Position numbers and translations under genes: made by a program
From: an archaeon
GTDB taxonomy: Archaea; B1Sed10-29; JAJSAI01
DNA: 64,000 nt
Assembly (NCBI GenBank): GCA_024274695.1
Contig: JAJSAI010000019.1
Coordinates: forward strand, 23,265 to 87,264
Direction: 5' to 3'
Notes under the pieces: generated by a model
Told to the model about the DNA's origin: nothing
The model's database searches: none
What the model saw: only the letters and a program-made list of their open reading frames with translations
In this document: in pieces, positions 56,246 through 64,000 of the stretch
Layout of the letters: each line of letters begins with the position of its first letter
How positions within the stretch are numbered: the first letter of the stretch is position 1

Positions 56246-57786
56246 AGAACGCTAGGCTAAAGCTTTACGTGATATCATTCATTGTCATAGGGCTGGTCCC
56301 ATTCGCATTCAAGCCCCTTCAGTTCGGCATGGACTTCACGGGCGGGACCATAATAAACATCCAGTTGTCCGAGCCCGTGGAAGGTCCTGAAAAAGAGGCT
56401 CTCGTGAGAGTGCTCCAGGACAGGCTTAACAAGTACGGGCTGAAGGACATGAAGGTCAGGCCAGGGGGCCCTGACTTTGTGATGGTTGAAGTGGCTGAAA
56501 CAGACCCTAAGACCATAGCATCAATACAAGAGATCATAAGCGAGCAGGGAAGATTCGAGGCCATGTTCGAGGGCAAGCCGATCCTGGAATCGGACGACAT
56601 TGTTGGAGTGGTCTCCGACCCTGCCCAGGGGTACAAGGTATACCGCACGGGAAACGGGTACGGCTGGAGCGTGCCCTTCCTCGTCAGCCCAGAGGGTGCG
56701 GAAAAGTTTTTCAGCGCGGTGGCCGGAAGGTGCACTCTGGATCCTAAGGACCCGAGCGGGCAGCAGTGTCTTGAAAAAGTTTACATGTTCATAGACAGGC
56801 CGCAGAACGCGGTCCTCCTCATGACCCCTGAAGAGTACGCGAAAGAAAAGAGCATACCCGAGCAGTTCGACCAGCCGAGGGAAGGGCCTAGTGTCAGCAC
56901 TGTCCCGCTGGACGAGCTCTTGAGCCAGTCAGGAATAGGTCTGATCGTCACAGACTCTGTTGACAGCACGGTCCTGGAAAAGGTGGCGAACAAGACTGTG
57001 ATAATCCAGAAGGGAAGCCCTCTTGAGAAGTACACCGACTACCTTAACAAAACAGCCGCGAGGGTGGTGGTGAAGGCAAAACCCGAGGGCGTTAAGTACT
57101 TTGTCCCGTACGCTATTAACCTGCAGAGCATTGTGAGGCTAACGGAGGGCGTGACAGTAAGGGAGATATACAACCCGTCCATCACAGGATACGCTCCCAC
57201 GCTTGAGGACGCCATTGCGCAGAGGGACAGGATCAGGATAATCCTGGAGTCAGGCAAGCTCCCTGTGACAGTACAAGTTTCAGGAGTGTCCACGATATCC
57301 GCGTCCCTCGGCAGACAGTTCCTATACTACTCGGGCGTGGCGGGACTGTTCGCGATACTCACAGTATCCGGAGTAGTGTTCTTGAGGTACAGGAAGCCAA
57401 AGCTCTCCGCGGCCATGGTGATGATAAGCATGACTGAAGCGATCATGATCCTTGGGATGGCTGCGTGGATAGGCTGGCAGCTTGACCTTCCAGCGGTGGC
57501 AGGAGTGATCGCGGCAGTGGGTACTGGAGTGGACCACCTCATAATAATCACTGACGAGGCCATGAGAGGAGTTTCAGAAAAGAGGGTGGGTCTGGCGGCG
57601 AAAATACGCAGGGCAGTGAACATAATAATGATGGCTGCTTTCACGACGATAATAGCCATGTTCCCCCTGTTCACCCTCGGGCTTGGCGCGCTGAAAGGAT
57701 TCGCTCTCACGACCATACTCGGTTCTCTCATGGGAGTCTTTATAGCCAGGCCCGCTTACGCCGAGCTTGTAGGGAGGCTGGTTTGA
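56242..57786 (+). CDS. secD: Protein-export membrane protein SecD.
   Basis: GMDFTGGTIINIQL, a large periplasmic domain, and C-terminal TMs. Confidence 0.7.
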   Translation: MKNARLKLYVISFIVIGLVPFAFKPLQFGMDFTGGTIINIQLSEPVEGPEKEALVRVLQDRLNKYGLKDMKVRPGGPDFVMVEVAETDPKTIASIQEIISEQGRFEAMFEGKPILESDDIVGVVSDPAQGYKVYRTGNGYGWSVPFLVSPEGAEKFFSAVAGRCTLDPKDPSGQQCLEKVYMFIDRPQNAVLLMTPEEYAKEKSIPEQFDQPREGPSVSTVPLDELLSQSGIGLIVTDSVDSTVLEKVANKTVIIQKGSPLEKYTDYLNKTAARVVVKAKPEGVKYFVPYAINLQSIVRLTEGVTVREIYNPSITGYAPTLEDAIAQRDRIRIILESGKLPVTVQVSGVSTISASLGRQFLYYSGVAGLFAILTVSGVVFLRYRKPKLSAAMVMISMTEAIMILGMAAWIGWQLDLPAVAGVIAAVGTGVDHLIIITDEAMRGVSEKRVGLAAKIRRAVNIIMMAAFTTIIAMFPLFTLGLGALKGFALTTILGSLMGVFIARPAYAELVGRLV

Positions 57787-58479
57787 TTGGAGAGGATCCC
57801 CACAGGCATAAGCGGTCTTGACGAGTTCATAGGAGGAGGCCTGATAAGGGGCAGCACTAACCTGCTGAAAGGCCCTTCAGGAGTGGGGAAGAGCGTGATG
57901 GGCCTCCAGTTCTTGTACGCGGGCGCGGTAGACTACGGGGAAAACGGACTGATGATCCAGGTTCACGGTTACCCTACTGACATAGAATGGTACCAGTCAG
58001 CATTTGGGTGGGACTTTTCAAAACTCTCGGAAGAAGGCAAGGTTATCTTCACCGCGTTCTCTCCCTCTGACCTCTCAAAATTTGAGCTCAGGACCCTCCA
58101 CTCTGACGTGATCCTGCAGCTCTACAAGATAATAGGTGAAGTGAAGGCGAAGAGAATAGTCTTTGACTCTATAACCCCTGTCGGGTTCAGTTTTTCTGAG
58201 AGAAGAGAATACCGGAACGTGATCTACCTTCTCTCTAAGGCCCTGAAAGAAAAGGGGTGCACGAGCATATTCATATCAGAATGCGATCCTGACGGGAAGT
58301 CCTTCTTCCCTGAAGAGGACTTCGTGTTTGACAGCGTGTTCCGGCTTTCCAGGACCCGGGAAAAAGGCCAGGTCATAACACAGCTTCACGTTGACAAGAT
58401 GGTGGCCTCCGATCCTGTGAAACAACCTCTCCCAGTAGACATCACCGATTCCGGGATGATAGTCATACCTCCGTTCTGA
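57787..58479 (+). CDS. KaiC/RadB-like RecA-superfamily ATPase (second copy, native GC).
   Basis: GISGLDEFIGGGLIRGSTNLLKGPSGVGKS Walker A. TTG start directly after the secD stop. Confidence 0.6.
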   Translation: MERIPTGISGLDEFIGGGLIRGSTNLLKGPSGVGKSVMGLQFLYAGAVDYGENGLMIQVHGYPTDIEWYQSAFGWDFSKLSEEGKVIFTAFSPSDLSKFELRTLHSDVILQLYKIIGEVKAKRIVFDSITPVGFSFSERREYRNVIYLLSKALKEKGCTSIFISECDPDGKSFFPEEDFVFDSVFRLSRTREKGQVITQLHVDKMVASDPVKQPLPVDITDSGMIVIPPF

Positions 58480-58514
58480 AACTTTTTTATACCCCCGCAA
58501 TCCTTTTCATTCTC

Positions 58515-58925
58515 ATGAAGTTTGTGATAGTGGTCACGCTTTTGGTCGTGCTGTTCATAGCCAGCATGCTCTTGTTCCCGTACGCTGGAGAAATAGCATC
58601 CTCCCTTACCCCCAAGCCAACACCGAAGCTGAAGGTCTGGGTGGATAAAGAACCAGCGCCAGTGTACGATCCTGAAAACTGCACGATACAAGCCCAGTGG
58701 ACGATAGCCAATGACGGGGATCCTGCCTCCGACATTCTGGTAGAGCTGGCGGTCCTTGACAAAAGCACGGGAGAAACCGTGGCAAAGAAAATAGAAACGG
58801 TGGGCAGGATAGAAAAAGGACAGGAAAACAGCAGGCTCGTGAAGATGGTTGTAGGCTGCGTTAACGTGAGCCAGGGCAGCGTGTTGTACGAGGTGACCGC
58901 GAGAATAGTCAACTACTCTGTCTGA
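58515..58925 (+). CDS. Small secreted or membrane-anchored protein.
   Basis: N-terminal TM VIVVTLLVVLFIASMLLF, 136 aa. Confidence 0.3.
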   Translation: MKFVIVVTLLVVLFIASMLLFPYAGEIASSLTPKPTPKLKVWVDKEPAPVYDPENCTIQAQWTIANDGDPASDILVELAVLDKSTGETVAKKIETVGRIEKGQENSRLVKMVVGCVNVSQGSVLYEVTARIVNYSV

Positions 58926-59616
58926 ACACTTCTCCTGAGAACACAGCATGCTCTTCTCCTGGCACAGCATCCTGCACGAACCCGAGCCAGTACACTATCC
59001 CCCCCGGGCCGAACGCGCGCCTGTACTTTTCCAGCTGGCCTTTCCAGTCCCTCCTCATGTCCTCTGGAGAGCCGAAGTAGTACTTGCATTCAAGCCAGTT
59101 CAGCACGCTACCGTGAATCCGGACAGGCTCGGGGAACAGGAAATCAGGCCTAAGTTTTCCCTCCAGCTCATCCCCGCGCAGGAACCTCACCCCCCTGCGC
59201 GAAAGCCAGTCCGCCACAGCGTTTTCCACCATCCTGCCGTTTGACCTTGCTCTCCTGACAGCAGAAGAGGAGTAAAACAAGTCCCTCTCTTCAGCCTCCT
59301 GCATTTCTTTTTCCAGCCTTGGGCTTGAGCCTATTTTCTTGCGTATCATTTTGCCCAGGAGAACTGGTGGAATACCATGCCTCCTGGAAAGCAGGAGAAT
59401 GCTTTCTCCCGAGAGCCATTCCCTCTCTATCCCCGAGTTCAACACCCTGTGGTAACTCCTCTTAACGTTCCTGACAACCTTTTTCTCTAGTATGTTCAGG
59501 AGCAGAGGATTATTACCAACATTGTCTTCAGAAACCTCTTGGAAGACTTTCCAGTACTCTGATTCTTTCATGTTACTACTTTCAGGAAGAACACTTTTAT
59601 AATACATTACAGCCAA
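58909..59616 (-). CDS. Hypothetical protein whose C-terminal half has a PD-(D/E)xK-like nuclease motif.
   Basis: ENAVADWL...RPDFLFPEP...VLNWLECKYY fits E / PD / ExK spacing. Divergent from bud32. Motif-level only. Confidence 0.3.
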   Translation of the reverse strand: MAVMYYKSVLPESSNMKESEYWKVFQEVSEDNVGNNPLLLNILEKKVVRNVKRSYHRVLNSGIEREWLSGESILLLSRRHGIPPVLLGKMIRKKIGSSPRLEKEMQEAEERDLFYSSSAVRRARSNGRMVENAVADWLSRRGVRFLRGDELEGKLRPDFLFPEPVRIHGSVLNWLECKYYFGSPEDMRRDWKGQLEKYRRAFGPGGIVYWLGFVQDAVPGEEHAVFSGEVFRQSS

Positions 59617-59627
59617 AAGGATTTAAC

Positions 59628-60221
59628 ATGCGGCTCTTGTACAAGGGTGCAGAGGCGGAGCTCTGGCGCACGGAATACCTCGGCATCCCCGCGGTAATGA
59701 AAAAAAGGTTCAGGAAGAAGTTCATCCTCCCTGAACTGGACGAGAGGATAAGGTTCCAGAGGATCAGGAGAGAATGCCTGATGCTCTCCCAGGCCAGGCG
59801 GGCTGTCAGAACTCCGTTCGTGCTAGCAGTGGACAAAAGAGACTGCTCTTTTCTCATGGAGTTCATCCCAGGAGAGAAGGTCCGGGACCTGTTTTACAAG
59901 GGAGAAAAACTAGGACTGTCAGAGGAGATCGGGAAAAAAATCAGGGGACTGCACGAGCTTGACATAATACACGGCGACCTTACGACCTCAAACATGATCC
60001 TGGAGGAAAAGGGAGAACTCTGCTTTATAGACTTTGGCCTGGCGTTCAAGAGCGCAAAAGAAGAGGATAAGGCCACTGACCTGCTCGTCTTCAAGAGAAT
60101 GATATACTCCACCCACCCTGAGCACGCTGACACCATCTGGTCTGGTGTGTGCAAGGGCTACTCTGACGAGAAAGTCCTCGCGAAAGTGGAGGAAATAGAG
60201 TCACGGGCAAGATACCTGTGA
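59628..60221 (+). CDS. bud32: Bud32/PRPK atypical protein kinase (KEOPS subunit).
   Basis: IIHGDLTTSNMIL catalytic loop and FIDFGLA, 197 aa. Confidence 0.8.
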   Translation: MRLLYKGAEAELWRTEYLGIPAVMKKRFRKKFILPELDERIRFQRIRRECLMLSQARRAVRTPFVLAVDKRDCSFLMEFIPGEKVRDLFYKGEKLGLSEEIGKKIRGLHELDIIHGDLTTSNMILEEKGELCFIDFGLAFKSAKEEDKATDLLVFKRMIYSTHPEHADTIWSGVCKGYSDEKVLAKVEEIESRARYL

Positions 60222-60349
60222 AGGGAAACTTTTTTAAATGCCTTCACAGGAAATTCTTGTAGTGTTCGCACTAGTTTGCGAGCAGGTCCTGCAATCGAGG
60301 GCCCCGGATGAACACGGGGGCGCCTGTCGCAGGGCAAGGGTGATGTAAG

Positions 60350-60811
60350 ATGGCTAGAATGCATGCTAGGAGAAGAGGGAAGAGCGGGTCAGTGCACCCG
60401 CCGATAAAAACCAGCCCCAAGTGGGTTGAGCTGTTCAAGGATGACATTGAGAAGGTCATCTGTGATCTCGCTAAACAGGACAAGACCATGAGCGAGATAG
60501 GGATGATCCTCAGGGACCAGTACGGCGTGCCCAGTGTGAAGGCGGTTCTCGGAAAATCAATAAAACAGGTGCTGGAGGAGAACAAGCTCGCTCCAGAGTA
60601 TCCTGAGGACCTAATGAACTTGATGAGGAAAGCGGTCAAGCTGAGGAAACACCTCTCGGTCCACAAGAAGGATATTCACAACACGCGAGCCCTACAGCTT
60701 GTGGAGTCCAAGATAAGAAGGCTCGCAAAGTACTACACGAGAGTAGGCCAGCTCCCGCAGGGCTGGAGGTACACGCCTGAAAAGGCGGCATTGATAGTCA
60801 AGGAAAGGTGA
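60350..60811 (+). CDS. rps15: Ribosomal protein uS15 (S15p/S13e).
   Basis: 153 aa. N-terminal ARMHARRRGKSGS and the C-terminal S15 fold. Confidence 0.85.
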   Translation: MARMHARRRGKSGSVHPPIKTSPKWVELFKDDIEKVICDLAKQDKTMSEIGMILRDQYGVPSVKAVLGKSIKQVLEENKLAPEYPEDLMNLMRKAVKLRKHLSVHKKDIHNTRALQLVESKIRRLAKYYTRVGQLPQGWRYTPEKAALIVKER

Positions 60812-60817
60812 TAAGGA

Positions 60818-61414
60818 ATGGCTGCGCAGAAAAGAGGGGTAAAGAAGGAGAGGAAGGCCACCGACACTTGGAAGAAGAAAGTGTGGTACACGGTAATCTC
60901 TCCCAAGGAGTTCGAGTCCAAGGAAGTCGGCACAACGCCAGCCCTGAAGCCTGAACAGGTTCTGAACAGGATAATAAGAGTGTCCCTCAGAGACGTTACG
61001 GGGAACATCGCTCACCAGGCGTACACCATGCTGTTCAAGGTAAAGGAAGTGAAGGGCACGACCGCGCACACCGAGACAGCAGGGTTTGAGATGGTCAGAG
61101 AACACTTCAGAAGGAATGTGAGAAGAGGAAGGAGCATGATAACAGCAATACACGATCTAAAAACAAAGGACGGGAGAAAAGCGCAGATGACCCTGCATGT
61201 TTTCACACTTGGAAGGATAAACACGGAGAAGAAGGATCAGATACGGAAGATAGCCGTTCAGACCATTGACGAGATAGCTGGAGAGGAGACCCTGCACGGT
61301 CTCGTGAAAAAAGCGCTGTATGGAGAGCTCGGCGCAGAAGTTAAGAAGAGGGCAAAGGCGCTCTGTCCTATAAGGACAGCCATAGTGAGCAAGCTAGAAA
61401 TCCAGGGCGTCTGA
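60818..61414 (+). CDS. rps3ae: Ribosomal protein eS1 (S3Ae).
   Basis: KKKVWYTVISPKEF, typical of S3Ae, 198 aa. Confidence 0.85.
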   Translation: MAAQKRGVKKERKATDTWKKKVWYTVISPKEFESKEVGTTPALKPEQVLNRIIRVSLRDVTGNIAHQAYTMLFKVKEVKGTTAHTETAGFEMVREHFRRNVRRGRSMITAIHDLKTKDGRKAQMTLHVFTLGRINTEKKDQIRKIAVQTIDEIAGEETLHGLVKKALYGELGAEVKKRAKALCPIRTAIVSKLEIQGV

Positions 61415-61416
61415 AG

Positions 61417-61995
61417 ATGATTCAGACCATGCTCCTCCCCCTTGCCATAGGCCTGCTGGCCATGGCCGGGGGGACAATAAGCCTTTCAGGAGGAGTATCA
61501 GGAATTCTCCTGGGGTACATTATAGTATTATCCCAGGGGATAGAATGGTTCTACCTCCTTCTACTATTTTTCGTTATAGGAGAGGCTGCCACAAAGTACA
61601 AGCACAGGCTTAAGTGCCTGAAGAAAGTTCACCAGAAGAAGAGAACCTCAAAGCACGTTGTCGCTAACGGCGGTATCGCGGCCCTAATGTCCATGCTGGG
61701 AGGCCCTGCGGGAATGTACGGTTTTCTTGGAGCGCTTTCAGCAGCAGTGAATGACACTGTCTCATCCGAGATAGGCGTGCTGTCAAAAAGGGATCCTGTC
61801 ATGATAACGACTTTCGAGAAGGTCCCTCCTGGAACGAATGGGGGAGTAAGTGTTCTCGGGACTGTCATGGGGCTCGCAGCGTCAGCAGTGTTTGCCGCCG
61901 CGGCCTGGGCTCTGCTGGGAGCATCCCCCGCTCCTGTAATCCTGGCAGGAGTTATGGGATGCTTTGCGGACTCTCTGTTCGGGGCACTGGTTTAA
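61417..61995 (+). CDS. DUF92 (TMEM19-like) integral membrane protein, interrupted by an in-frame TAA. The reading frame continues for 29 more codons to 62084.
   Basis: ...CFADSLFGALV*NRGIVGNSSTNIIATLSGALGGMILCLIL. The stop falls where the conserved DUF92 motif DSLLGATLQ, as recalled from memory, would have Gln. Confidence 0.5.
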   Translation: MIQTMLLPLAIGLLAMAGGTISLSGGVSGILLGYIIVLSQGIEWFYLLLLFFVIGEAATKYKHRLKCLKKVHQKKRTSKHVVANGGIAALMSMLGGPAGMYGFLGALSAAVNDTVSSEIGVLSKRDPVMITTFEKVPPGTNGGVSVLGTVMGLAASAVFAAAAWALLGASPAPVILAGVMGCFADSLFGALV

Positions 61996-62069
61996 AACCG
62001 CGGAATCGTGGGCAACAGTTCTACCAACATAATCGCAACCCTCTCAGGAGCTCTTGGCGGGATGATACT

Positions 62070-62591
62070 ATGCTTGATCCTCTAGGCCTTGACCCGTTGC
62101 TGTCAGCCCTGCTCATGTTCTTTCCAGCGTACGTGGCAAACTTCTCTCCCGCGTTCATGTCAGGCCTTCTCAGATGGAAGTGGCATCCCATCGACAGGGG
62201 CAGAAAATGGTCTGACGGCAGGAGAGTTCTTGGGGACGGGAAGACCCTTGAAGGGGTTATACTAGGAATCGTGACAGGAACACTTGCAGGAGCAGCACTG
62301 TCTTTATTCTTCGGACAAGACCTCCTGCTTCCAGCATTCCTCGCTTCCGCGGGAGCCATGCTCGGGGATGCTGTCGGCAGTTTTTTCAAGAGAAGAGCAG
62401 GAGTGCCACGGGGAGGAATGTGGTTCCCTGTGGACCAGCTTGATTTCCTCGCGGGGGCCGTGGCCCTCATGAGCCCGGTTTACCTGCCTGGAGCGGGCGC
62501 GCTTTTGTTCGTCGCGCTCGTGACCATCGCGTTCCACTTGTCACTGAACCTCGCAGGATGGGCTTTGGGGTTAAAGAATGTTCCGTGGTAA
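62070..62591 (+). CDS. carS: CDP-archaeol synthase (CarS).
   Basis: PAYVANFSP, PIDRGRKWSDGRRVLGDGKTLEG, GDAVGSFFKRRAG, VDQLDF, and the C-terminal KNVPW all match the CarS pattern. Confidence 0.75.
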   Translation: MLDPLGLDPLLSALLMFFPAYVANFSPAFMSGLLRWKWHPIDRGRKWSDGRRVLGDGKTLEGVILGIVTGTLAGAALSLFFGQDLLLPAFLASAGAMLGDAVGSFFKRRAGVPRGGMWFPVDQLDFLAGAVALMSPVYLPGAGALLFVALVTIAFHLSLNLAGWALGLKNVPW

Positions 62592-63024
62592 AATCAGAAC
62601 CGTGCTGTTGTTCGCTGCAGTGTTTTCAGCATCTTTTGCGCTATTCCACGCCCTGCCCCTTGACTGGCTTGAGCACGCGACAGCACAAGGATCTGCCGCG
62701 GTCCTGCGGGCCGCGGGCATTGATTCTTCAGCTGACGGGAAGACTATCCTCCTGCAGGGCGAGCCGGCCGCTGTGATAATACCCTCCTGCACGGGGGTAG
62801 ACTCGCTCAGCATCCTGTTCGCTCTCGCGGCCGCAGATCCCCTGATGACAAGAAAAAGAAAGGCCGTGATGCTGTGCGCTGGAGTCCCCTTGCTGCTGTC
62901 GTTTAACTTTGTCAGGATAGCCCTCACGGTGATCAGCCCGGAATGGTTTCCCATGCACTTCCTGACCTGGATGGCCAGCGCGGGGCTGATCTTCGTCTTG
63001 TGGACGCTGTTTTCTAAGACTTAG
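62578..63024 (+). CDS. Short exosortase/archaeosortase-family protein (ArtE/ArtF-like).
   Basis: Candidate catalytic Cys in IIPSCTGVDS and Arg/Asn in SFNFVRIAL. About 4-5 TM in 148 aa. Confidence 0.4.
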   Translation: MFRGKIRTVLLFAAVFSASFALFHALPLDWLEHATAQGSAAVLRAAGIDSSADGKTILLQGEPAAVIIPSCTGVDSLSILFALAAADPLMTRKRKAVMLCAGVPLLLSFNFVRIALTVISPEWFPMHFLTWMASAGLIFVLWTLFSKT

Positions 63025-63211
63025 GCTTGGCCTCTTTTATTTCCTTCTTAAGCTTTTCTACGGTCACGTCCTCTTCTATTCCCTCGAGCATTTCCTCTAT
63101 CTCGTCCTCGTTCATGTCAAGAGCGCTCTTCGTGGCAAGCTTGTCCTCCAGCGCGGCTTCTCCCAGCAGAGGGGATCCAGGGTGTTTGAACAACGTTTTC
63201 TTCTCAGTCAT
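63014..63211 (-). CDS. Small acidic hypothetical protein.
   Basis: 65-aa ORF, E/D-rich. Confidence 0.25.
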   Translation of the reverse strand: MTEKKTLFKHPGSPLLGEAALEDKLATKSALDMNEDEIEEMLEGIEEDVTVEKLKKEIKEAKPKS

Positions 63212-63265
63212 GAAGATAAGTAAGGTGGTAAGGTAATAAATACTTTATCTGAGAGAATATTTCAC

Positions 63266-64000
63266 ATGAGCCTGCTGATGCAGGGAGAAACCCTGTTCTC
63301 GTTCATAGACTCTCTTGATCCTGACTTTGTCCCAAGGGTTCTCCCTCACAGGGAGGGCCAGCAGGAGGCCATAGCAGACTGCATAAGGCCCCTGATAAAC
63401 GGTTACAGGGGAAGGCATGTTCTGGTTACCGGGAAGGCGGGCATAGGAAAAACCGCGACAGTGCAAAGGATGCTCGCAGACCTTAGAGAAGAGTCCGCGG
63501 TGGCCAGCGTTTTCGTGAACTGCTGGAAGAAGAACTCCAGTTTCAGGATACTGTCTGAAGCATGCCACCAGTTAGGGTACCAGTTCACTCACAATCTTGG
63601 GACGGATGAGGTGCTGTACAAGATAAAAAAACTGGTTGGAGACAAGGGGATCGTGTTCGCCCTTGACGAGGTTGACAAGGCCCAGGACGATGACTTCCTG
63701 TACTACCTGGCAGAGGAGATCCCCCGGCTCGTGCTCGTGATGATCACCAACGACCGAACCTGGTTCTCAAGAGTGGACCAGAGGATCAGGTCCAGAATAA
63801 TCCCTGAAGAGATAGAGTTCCCTCCGTACTCGCTGGAGGAGATGAGGGACATTCTTGCTCTCAGGAGGGATTACGCGTTCTACGATGGCACCTGGTCAGA
63901 AGACGCGTTCGAGATGGTTGTTAAGAAAGCGCACGCCGCCAAGGACGTTCGGCTTGGCATCCTCCTGCTCAGGGAGAGCGGTCTTGAGGCAGAAAAAGAC
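63266..64000 (+). CDS. cdc6: Orc1/Cdc6 replication initiator (paralog 2). Partial, runs off the window end.
   Basis: My own translation from the ATG at 63266 gives PHREGQQEAIADCI...LVTGKAGIGKTAT (Walker A) and FALDEVD (Walker B). Confidence 0.8.
   Translation, partial: MSLLMQGETLFSFIDSLDPDFVPRVLPHREGQQEAIADCIRPLINGYRGRHVLVTGKAGIGKTATVQRMLADLREESAVASVFVNCWKKNSSFRILSEACHQLGYQFTHNLGTDEVLYKIKKLVGDKGIVFALDEVDKAQDDDFLYYLAEEIPRLVLVMITNDRTWFSRVDQRIRSRIIPEEIEFPPYSLEEMRDILALRRDYAFYDGTWSEDAFEMVVKKAHAAKDVRLGILLLRESGLEAEKD

Noticed and set aside
60222-60349. GC-rich structured segment upstream of rps15 considered as a possible tRNA or ncRNA
   Set aside because: An imperfect hairpin exists (GCGAGCAGG...CCTGTCGC). 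No tRNA cloverleaf, T-loop (GTTCRANYC) or CCA-proximal acceptor pairing could be built. More likely an mRNA leader.
1-64000. CRISPR arrays, rRNA and tRNA genes
   Set aside because: No direct repeats regularly spaced at 25-50 bp. No intergenic region longer than 240 bp. No rRNA-like conserved stretches or tRNA cloverleafs were found in the intergenic gaps.

Overview
This window is an archaeal chromosomal segment, probably from a small-genome euryarchaeal- or DPANN-like lineage. Overall GC is about 53 %, and it contains one roughly 3.5 kb AT-rich island. Genes are tightly packed, and many neighbouring genes share an overlapping ATGA stop/start, which suggests they are translated together. Content is mostly housekeeping.

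Replication and repair genes are two Orc1/Cdc6 paralogs, the PolD small and large subunits, a Hel308 helicase and NucS. RNA and translation genes are AsnRS, TrpRS, uS15, eS1/S3Ae, archaeosine TGT, TrmI, Tyw1, Nog1, Bud32, aCPSF1 and a beta-CASP RNase. Proteostasis genes are proteasome beta, FKBP and NAC. Lipid genes are the archaeal mevalonate trio (HMG-CoA synthase, thiolase, DUF35), a ferredoxin with geranylgeranyl reductase, and CDP-archaeol synthase. Secretion, division and surface genes are SecD/SecF, SepF, an archaeosortase-like protein and a type-IV-pilin-like protein.

The most unusual locus is a compact, tightly overlapping seven-gene group-4 energy-converting [NiFe]-hydrogenase operon. 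It has a truncated antiporter-like subunit and an unannotated 51-aa membrane microprotein. It lies next to a divergently oriented hycI maturation protease, which is itself coupled to an unknown 156-aa protein.

Other notable observations:
- an in-frame TAG splits the essential PolD large-subunit gene at a conserved Glu position;
- an in-frame TAA interrupts a DUF92 gene upstream of carS;
- a thymidylate-synthase-like protein is a tandem fusion of two ThyX domains, with the RHR motif degenerate in the first half, and it overlaps glyA;
- a low-GC island carries a second geranylgeranyl reductase, a UbiA prenyltransferase, a KaiC-like ATPase and an unknown protein;
- a rhomboid protease carries a sequon-rich coiled-coil insertion;
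- a large surface protein has a PGF-CTERM-like tail;
- nucS is flanked by a 22-bp direct repeat.

No rRNA, tRNA or CRISPR array was found. All calls rest on motif-level reading of the supplied translations. No database search was possible.
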